A stretch of DNA of 64,000 nt from Octopus vulgaris (taxonomy: Eukaryota). The position numbers were made by a program, and so were the translations under genes. The notes below the pieces were generated by a model. That model was given only the letters and a program-made list of their open reading frames with translations. It ran no database searches and was not told the DNA's origin. The stretch is taken from the NCBI GenBank assembly GCA_951406725.2, contig OX597815.1:92256001-92320000 (forward strand), written 5' to 3'. Below are positions 56,501-64,000 of this stretch, one piece after another. Numbering within the stretch: the first letter of the stretch is position 1; each line of letters starts with the position of its first letter.

Positions 56501-59500
56501 AGGTGCTTTCTCTGCATTCATATCCTTATTTGTGCTTTCAACTGTACAGCTGTTAACTTCAATACAATAACTGGGCCTTCTATTGGCTCTCTCTCCTCTT
56601 TGCATTCTTCTTATTCAACAAATTCTTATAATATCTCCATGGCATTTTCTTTTCCCTGTCAGAGAGGGCAAATGTGCCAATAGCATTCTGTATACACTGT
56701 TCACCAAAAGTATCCTGATTCACTCTGACACACTGCTGGAATACTTCATACTTCTGACTACCTTGTAGCAGAACACTGACCAGCCTCTTACTTGTAGCTT
56801 GTCTCTGTGCTACATATACCTGATGTCTAGCTTTTCTTTTAGTTCCTGAAATTGTTCCTTGCTACTCCCCCTTTCATCATCATCATTTTTAACTCTGCTT
56901 TTCCATGTTCACATGCTGTAAGTAGTTTATTTAGGCAGATTTCCAATGGTTGAATGCCCTTTGTGCAACCAACCCTTACTTGTTTCCAAGCAAGATATTT
57001 CCCCATGGCCAGACATGTTTGCACAGAATATTGAAAATAAATGATACTGCTTCTATTACAGTGACACTCATAACTACTATGCAATGTCAAAACAAGGTGA
57101 GAGTAAAACATACACACACACAATATAGATCATCATCATCATGATCATAATCGCTTAAAATCCACATTCCATGCTGGCATGGATTGGACAGTTTGACTGA
57201 GAGCTAGCGAGCCAGAAGGCTGCACCAGGCTACAATCCAATCTGGCAAACTTTCTATGGCTGGATGCCCTTCCTAATGCCAACCACTCCGAGAGTGTAGT
57301 GGGTGCTTTTTACATGCCACCTGCATGAGGACCAGTCAGGAAGATCAACCACATTCAGATGTTGCCTTTAACATGCCACCAGCACAGGAGCCAGTCAGGT
57401 GGTACTGGCAACGACCACGCATGGATGGTGTTTTTTATATGCCACTGGCACAGGAGCCAATCAGGCAGCACTGGCAACAATCACGCTCGAATGATGCTTT
57501 CAATGCATCACTGGCACAGGTGTCAATCAGGTGGTACTGTCATCGGCCACAACAATGATTTCACTTGCCTCAACAGGTATTTGCAAGTGCAGTTTATAGC
57601 CCAATGATTGAAGGGTACTCTTAAATGGGCTGGTTATGCTGTACTGGCATAGGCCATAGTTATGGTCTCACTTGGCTTGCTGGGTCTTCTCAAGCACAGC
57701 ATATCTCCAAAGGTCTTGGTCATATGTCACTGCCTCGGTGAGGCCTGATGTTCGAAGGTCGTGCTTCACCATCTCATCCCAGGTCTTTCTAGGTCTACTT
57801 CTTCCACGGGTTCCCTCTACTGCTAAGGTGTGACACTTTTTCACACAGCTGTCCTCATCCATATGCAACACATGACCATACTAGAGCAGTTGTCTCTCTT
57901 GCACACATCTGATGCTTCTTAAGTTCAACTTTTCTCTCGAGGTGCTTACACTGTCATGCATATACATTGACATTATACATCCAGCAGAGCATACTGGCTT
58001 CATTCCTTGCAAGCTTATGCATGTTCTCAGCAGTCAAGGCCCATGTTTCACTGGCATGTAGCATGGCTGCTTGCTCACATGCAGTCTACCTTTTACTCTG
58101 AGTGAGAGGCCTTTTGTCACCAGCAGAGGTAGGAGCTCTCTGAACTTTGCCCAGACTAATCTTATTCTAGCAGTTGCACTTTCAGAGCATCCCCACAATG
58201 CTACTGACCTGATCACCGAGTTAATGGAAGCTTTCAACTACTTGTAGTTTTCCCCAGGAATGTGATGGAAGCTGCTTTCTGCACATTTTCATTGTTTATT
58301 GGCCCTGAGCATTTACCACACACAAAAACTATCTTCTCAGTTAGCCTTCCTTTAATATTGCTGCACCTTGTATGTGTCCATAGCATATACTGGGTACATC
58401 TTATGGAGTTTCTACCTATGCCTTTTCAACAGATCATGCAGGGCCATCTACCTGAAGGGATTTGTGGTTTGTTTGTCTTCCTATTTATTAAGACTTTGGT
58501 TTTTGCTAGGTTGACTCTAAGGCCCTTCAATTCTAGTCCTTGCTTCCACATCTGAAACTTCTCCTCTAGAGCAATGTCATCAGCAAAGAAAAGCTCCCAG
58601 GGGCATCCTGTCTTGAATATTTCTGTTATTGCCTGGAGGACTATGATGAATAACAGGCTTCTTTCAGTATTCATCTACCAAATCTGGTCAAAAGTAGTGT
58701 AAGACATTTGCCCAAGATGCTATGCAGTAGAACTGAACCCAAGACTGCGTGGTTGTGGCTCTGTGGTCATGAAATTTGCTTTCCAACCACAGTTTCAAGC
58801 TCAGTTCCACTGCATGGCAACTTGGGCAAGTGTCCTCTACTATAGCATCCAAACAACCAAAGCCTTGTGAGTGAATTTGCTACACAAACACTGAAAGAAG
58901 GCCACTGTACATATATACATATTAACAGCTTGCATAAAAGGAAAAGAAAACACAATATACCATCCAAAGATAAAAGTATTTTAAAGAATCAAAAAATATC
59001 AACTAGATTATAGAATGGAGATAACACTTTACTCAAAGTAGCTGCCCTCAGCTTCCACCATGGCCTCAAGACAGCTCCAGCATTCCTCACTGTGTCCTTA
59101 GGAAGATCTTTGAAAACCTCCTTGATCTTGATCCCCAGTTTGGCTTGGTATTGCAGGCAGAGTATTTGGTGTCTTTCTCAACCGTGCCCCACACAAAGTA
59201 ATCCATGGGATTACAAGCAGGGAAACAAGAGGCCAGAAACTGGGGCTGATGAAGTCATAGAAATTCTCTGACACCACTTCTGACTCTTTCTGCAAGTATG
59301 GCAAAGAGCCAAATCCTGTTGACACACAAATGGTCTCCCAACAGCAACCCTCTCCAGCAGCTTCACATAGCCATCTGAATTCCAGTGTATGGATGCAGTT
59401 AGAATGCCTTCCATGTCCCTTCATGCTGGCCATGGACTTGTATTCTCCATTGCAGCTATCCATGTCACATCTTACAGCCTTTACAGTCTTCACAGAGCAT

Positions 59501-61917
59501 TGAGTAGCAGTCATGTTATAGACATTTTGACACCCAGCACAAATCATCATAATACAATAATTCCTTTTGCAATATTCAAATGGTTTCAGTCCTCCATGTC
59601 AGCTAACATTTTCTCAACTACAACTATAATTTTTATGCTCCCCAATGCTGCTGACTATTCATCAACACCTTGAGCTGTCATGCATCATCATCATCATTGA
59701 GATCCTCTTTCCATTAAACGATGATGAAGATGATGATGCCTTATGGAAAGTGGACATTAAAATGATGGTGATAATGATATATGTGCATGTATAAATATAT
59801 ATGCACTCACACATGACATACACAACATATGCACTCACACATGGCATACTTCTACAGAGTTTCTGCATACCAAATTCCTTTTATAAAACATTGGTCAATT
59901 GAGAGTTTTGTATAGAAGATACTTGTCCAAGGTGCTACACAGTAGAATTAAACCTAGAACTGCATAAATGCAGAGCAAACTTATCTATGTGGCTATGACT
60001 TATTATCACAAAGAACATTTGCTACAAGAACCAAGAACATTTCTAGTGAAGAAGAAGAAGAAGAATGATAGAATTTTACCTGGTGTATTACTTAAGACTT
60101 GACATTTGGCTAGAATGGATAAAAGGAAGCGGTTGTGTAAGTGAACTGAAAAAGATGAAAATAAACAAACTGAGAACTGCAAGAAAAAATGTATGAGAAA
60201 TAGTGTCAATAAGTTCATATAAATTATATATTTCTTTTATTTATTATTCATTTATAACTGGCACTCAATCAGTTATGACAACAAGAGTTCCAACCAATCC
60301 CATCAACAGAATAACCTGTTCATGAAATTAACATGCAAGTGGCTGAGCACCAAACTTCAGAGATATGTTAATAACTGATAGAAAAAATATTGATTTGAAT
60401 AAGATAAGTTAATTCAACACAAATCTTTACATAAAATATACTTTTAAATCCTTTGATCATTAAAAAAATTTGATTAACTCTTTGACAATGAGTGAACAAA
60501 TGAAAAAACTTGAGATAACAAAAAAGGGAGAAAAAACCCAAAAGCAATCTGAAAATAGCAGCAAAAGAGACTGTGACATTCAATATGTTTAATTAATGCA
60601 TACTTGGAGAATGTCAATAAATTATGGTAACAATAGGTTTTTGCAGCTTACCCATGTCAGCCTTTAGCATTTTCCTAGCTTCCGTATCAAATTCTTCTTT
60701 TGACATCTAAGAAATAAGGAGATGTATGTAACAGTTTTCAAACAAAACAATTAATTGAAAGAAACAGCTTATGAGACACTGATTTCTTTTTACTGTTTTA
60801 GATGTCTTCTCCCTTGTTAACATAGACTGACTGCTTCTGAAAATTTGGGCAATTTTACATATCATACATGTTGTTATAGATGTTATCATGTAGCCTCCAA
60901 ATCAGCACTGAATGAACAAATTTATGATCAAAGGTTTTCCAATCATGACTGTCCCAATCTTTTTACAGGCATTTAACATCTAACTACACAATCCAATGTG
61001 AGCCTCATTTTTTCTCAGATGGTAGAGAGTAAGCTGAAGAAGATTTGTCTACTGTTTTTAGCAAGCCTAGCGACCATGTAGAGGATCCCTTGTTAGTAAG
61101 TATTTCATTATAGGAATAATTTAGTTAGATTGATGTAACTTGCGCAAGGATACAATGCATTGTCGTAGGTAGAATAATATAATTACTCTATAGCTACAGG
61201 AAATCAAGATATAAATAAAGCATTAAATATGAAAATATTGTCTGATACCAGTTCAAATCTATTTTTAAACTACTTACAATGGTCCACAGGTTAATGTTTA
61301 ACTCCAAATGCTTTAGTGTTAAGTAGATAAAAGACAAATTCTTCATTTTCACTAACTGACTAGTATATTGGTACAAGATTTTTGTAGAAACTTAATGTGT
61401 TTCCTCAGAGATAAGCCTAAATGAAACGTAAACATCAATCTTTGAGATGATAGTTAAAGTGTTAACATATTTAATAATGGAGGCATCTAAAAGATAACAA
61501 GAAAAATATACCTCAACAAAAAAAAAAGAAAAGAAAAAGAAGTCATTGACTAATATTAACAGGAGTCAAATAATGGAGACAACTGAAGAATTGTTTTGAT
61601 GCCATTAGAGCTCCTTAGCAATGTACAGATTTTCACTATATGTGCTAAAACCTACTTCAGTACCAACACTCATTTCACTCCTAGAAATCATAGTAAAAGA
61701 GAGATAAAAGGAGAAAAAAAGATAATGAAATTAAAAAGATGAAGACAATTAAAATAAGATATATTTCTTAAAGTTATCAAATGATTTCAGGTTTCAGCAT
61801 ATTTCAATAAAAATAGTTATGCGTTTTATGACAGAAATAAATAAGTTGACTTTAAATTCAGAGAAAATTTAAAAACATACCTTCTGTCGAAACCATGCTT
61901 TCAGACTCTGCTGATAC
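48195..61917 (-). CDS. TADA1: Transcriptional adapter 1 (SAGA subunit TADA1/STAF42); 9 coding exons visible, 5' exon with ATG not found in the window
   Basis: Joined exons read YQQSLKAWFRQK-MSKEEFDTEARKML..VHLHNRFLLSILAKCQ...LPDISMVHGRMYVCAWENGLDDVAENAVKFVMTAVE-SQLKDIIVKVLGRKSGYKLREKRFKY...PITLFHLLDALQ-LYRNVIPSHSVY...EELEQD. These are colinear with recalled human TADA1 motifs (NLKLWFKQKISKEEFD, HNDFLLAIL, GRMIVTAYEHGLD, HLKDIL, DLFEALQ, VIPTHTVY). All splice phases are compatible. Confidence 0.93.
49298..49469 (-). CDS. TADA1: TADA1 exon (172 nt, or 169 nt via the tandem acceptor)
   Basis: ctttag|cag|t... (S)SDATEISNSGIQTPTIRLSEEAAELEAIQQLASVSVNEQMQNDKGPITLFHLLDALQ|gtaagg. Confidence 0.9.
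49600..49798 (-). mobile_element. tRNA-derived SINE (second family)
   Basis: - strand gcgcatggcctagtagttagggtgttg...ggtttcaattcctg with A/B-box-like motifs. Confidence 0.65.
50110..50258 (-). CDS. TADA1: TADA1 exon (149 nt)
   Basis: tttcag|SQLKDIIVKVLGRKSGYKLREKRFKYSIGCDVPNPYLRRSQLKTNYFRE+ag|gtgatt. Confidence 0.93.
50850..51150 (-). mobile_element. RTE 3'-UTR-derived repeat
   Basis: Near-identical to the 18889 and 32005 copies. Confidence 0.85.
52269..52399 (-). CDS. TADA1: TADA1 exon (131 nt), histone-fold region
   Basis: tataag|(G)FSSREATLPDISMVHGRMYVCAWENGLDDVAENAVKFVMTAVE|gtaagt. Confidence 0.93.
52705..52865 (-). mobile_element. tRNA-derived SINE
   Basis: gggcttctttcagtttcc...gtagaagacacttgcccaaggtgccacacagtgggactgaac. 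Confidence 0.72.
53458..53498. repeat. (TA)n microsatellite
   Basis: About 20 TA units. Confidence 0.95.
54138..54216 (-). CDS. TADA1: TADA1 exon (79 nt)
   Basis: tttcag|QKFIPVNPISYAPVVSPRSLEDDINV+g|gtaagt. Confidence 0.88.
55841..55944 (-). CDS. TADA1: TADA1 exon (104 nt), basic low-complexity linker
   Basis: ttgcag|(A)PAEKSPSASNSSPKQKPKLKRKATTATTNRNNYT|gtaaat; phase 1 in and phase 0 out fit the neighbours. Confidence 0.82.
57130..58655 (-). mobile_element. Decayed RTE-clade LINE (same family as 3602-5745)
   Basis: WELFFADDIAL, GLRVNLAKTK, WAKFRELLPLL, GRSRPRKTW; catcatcat tail. Confidence 0.9.
58657..58905. mobile_element. Two abutting inverted tRNA-SINE copies
   Basis: Minus copy 58657-58755 directly followed by plus copy 58755-58905. 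Confidence 0.65.
60080..60145 (-). CDS. TADA1: TADA1 exon (66 nt)
   Basis: ttttcag|(V)HLHNRFLLSILAKCQVLSNTP+g|gtaaaa. Confidence 0.93.
60652..60706 (-). CDS. TADA1: TADA1 exon (55 nt)
   Basis: ttcttag|MSKEEFDTEARKMLKADM+g|gtaagc. Confidence 0.92.
61881..61917 (-). CDS. TADA1: TADA1 exon (37 nt)
   Basis: ttttcttcag|g YQQSLKAWFRQK|gtatgt. Confidence 0.9.
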
Positions 61918-62537
61918 CTGAAGAAAAGTTAAATATTTAGTTTTAGAACTCCTTATTGAATAATATTAATGATTTCTAACATACCCTCCAAATTTAAGGA
62001 GAGGGACATAATTATTTGTACTGATCCCAATATCTTCATTCTTTTACATACAGGCATTATCTACAGATAGCACTTCAGACCAGCGTCACTTCCATGAAAA
62101 TAATCCATCAGAACATCCTTCAATTGAGATATAAAACCTACTCTCCTTCAATAACAAAGAGAACATACAAAATAAAAGTCCTGCACTTTGTGTAAAATTT
62201 TTGTAGTTTGTTATTCAAGCTGTGACTGCAAGAATGAATACAATAATCCTAAAATGATAACTAAGAGAAAATCTGTGTACTTCCAATGTCTTTTTTAGTC
62301 TTTATATCAGCTACCGACGAGTACAAATATGACTATAATGATTTTCTATTTATGAATATCTGAGTCTTTTTGTATGAGACAAATTGTATAGCAACATGAA
62401 AAATAAAAACTACAATCCATTCTAACATCTAATCTCCTCCATTACATAAATATGAATGAATTTTTTGAACTGTGTTTAATAAGTTGAATCATATACTGAT
62501 TATTTGTGTGTGTGAGTGTGTGTATATATATATAATA

Positions 62538-63490
62538 GGCTGGAAAAAAATCCCGTTGCATTTTTGACCTGATCACTTTGAGGGTACTTTTTTCAATACT
62601 TATGGTAAAATAAGCATTAAATTTTATATTCTAATTTTTTTCAAATTTGCATTGATTTTACTCTTTTCAAATGAGTTTAGATCAGATCCATATCAGACGC
62701 TGCATGTTGTATGGATTTAAAAGGAGCTCTTCAGTAATGGAGGCAACAAGAAATATTTATTCTGCCTGTAGAAATGAAACTTTAAGTATCTGGCCTAGCC
62801 AACGATGGCTTCGTCTATTTTCCTCAGGAAATTTTTCTCTCACAAACTCCCTTTAATATGACTGACCAAGTTCTGTCAATACTGAGCTTCTGAAAACTGT
62901 AGTTGAGGAAAATACAAAGCAAACTGCATGAGAATTAGCAAAACAGTTCAATTCAAGTTACACTTCAGTCATAAAACATCTTCATGAACTAGAAGAAGTA
63001 TATAGAATATATTTGCTACTGACCATTCCTGGATAAAAATCATCACAAGTGATGAAAAGTGAGGTTCTCTACAATCAAATCCAACAGAAAAGCCCCCATT
63101 TTCGTGTAATGCTTCTAACTGACTGTTGTATTATTCTTACACAATAAAACCACATATTGACCAAATCATTCAGGAAAACATTATGGTACTAAAAATGGAA
63201 GTTTTGCTTCATCCTTTTTACTCGCCTCACCTTGCTCCATTTATCACCTTTTCAGATCATTGCAGTATTATTTAAAAGGTAAACACTTTATTAATTGTAA
63301 AGAGGTTTGAAATGATAACAAATATTTCTTTGCATCAAAACTTGAAGAATTTTATATGCAACAGTTTGCTAACTGGGATTATATTATCAACAATGAGGGG
63401 AAATATTAATCTTGATTAAATATATCAATTAAGTCCAAAGAATATTTGTTTCTTTCCTATCTTGATAAGTGACAGGACTTTCTTTCCATC
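62538..63490 (+). mobile_element. Decayed mariner transposon
   Basis: ORF 62671 HIRRCMLY.F..S...EATRNI...QRW...F..GNFSL (mariner HTH), I.T.DEK and HP.YSP.LAP..YHLFRSL remnants; degenerate TIRs ggctggaaaaaaatcc / ggactttctttccatc. Confidence 0.82.
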
Positions 63491-64000
63491 ATCTTGATCA
63501 TTTAACATCAGTTTTCCATGCTGGCATGGGTTGGAAGGTTTGACACCCTTCTCAATACCAACCACTTTATAGAGTGTACTAGGTGCTATTTATGTGGCCC
63601 TTGTCGAAAAGACTCATATTCAAAGAAAATCTATCTTGCCTATTTGGGAGCATCTACGAGTTTATTATCAAAAGTGTCTTTCGCCCTTTTTTAAATGAAG
63701 GAAGAAGATTTGAGCGATATTTAGCTATTATTTCTAGCAGATAATCGACCCACATAGAAGCTTCCTCGTTAGCTCAAGTTGAGTGTTTTACTAAAAGATG
63801 AGAATTACTTAGAAGAGGGAACACGTCACAGTAATCCTGTGTTTGTTGTCTGTTAAAGGAATATCAAGGGACAAGAATTGGTTAGTCATGCTCTCATCGA
63901 GAATGTCAGCAATAAGCTGAGAGTCATCATCAGTGCTTGTGTATATATGAATATCAATACAATGTGAAAATATGAATATATGGATTTATACCTACAAATG

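Overview
AT-rich, repeat-dense eukaryotic (metazoan) genomic DNA. The SINE and RTE-LINE families look like those of Octopus; this is inferred from remembered repeat consensus, not a database search. Two spliced chromatin-complex genes converge. On the + strand is a complete WDR5 CDS (13 coding exons, 6712-24573, 1053 nt = 350 aa + stop). On the - strand is TADA1, a SAGA subunit (9 coding exons, 61917-48195; its first coding exon appears to lie beyond the window). Introns and the ~23 kb intergenic gap carry RTE, CR1-type and Penelope-like retroelements, tRNA-derived SINEs, mariner, pogo/Tigger, piggyBac, Helitron-like and Merlin-like DNA elements. The most notable non-genic signals are: (i) a palindrome with two back-to-back minimal type-I hammerhead ribozyme motifs (38593-38754) beside a Penelope GIY-YIG remnant, and a tRNA-headed SINE with a hammerhead core (30753-30966); (ii) a near-intact CR1-type LINE whose AUG-less ORF2 lies in the -1 frame behind a G GGA AAC UAA slippery site; (iii) a Merlin-like element with an 8-bp TSD whose empty pre-insertion site survives in an inverted paralogous arm; (iv) several long intronic hairpins in WDR5 that are plausible ADAR substrates.
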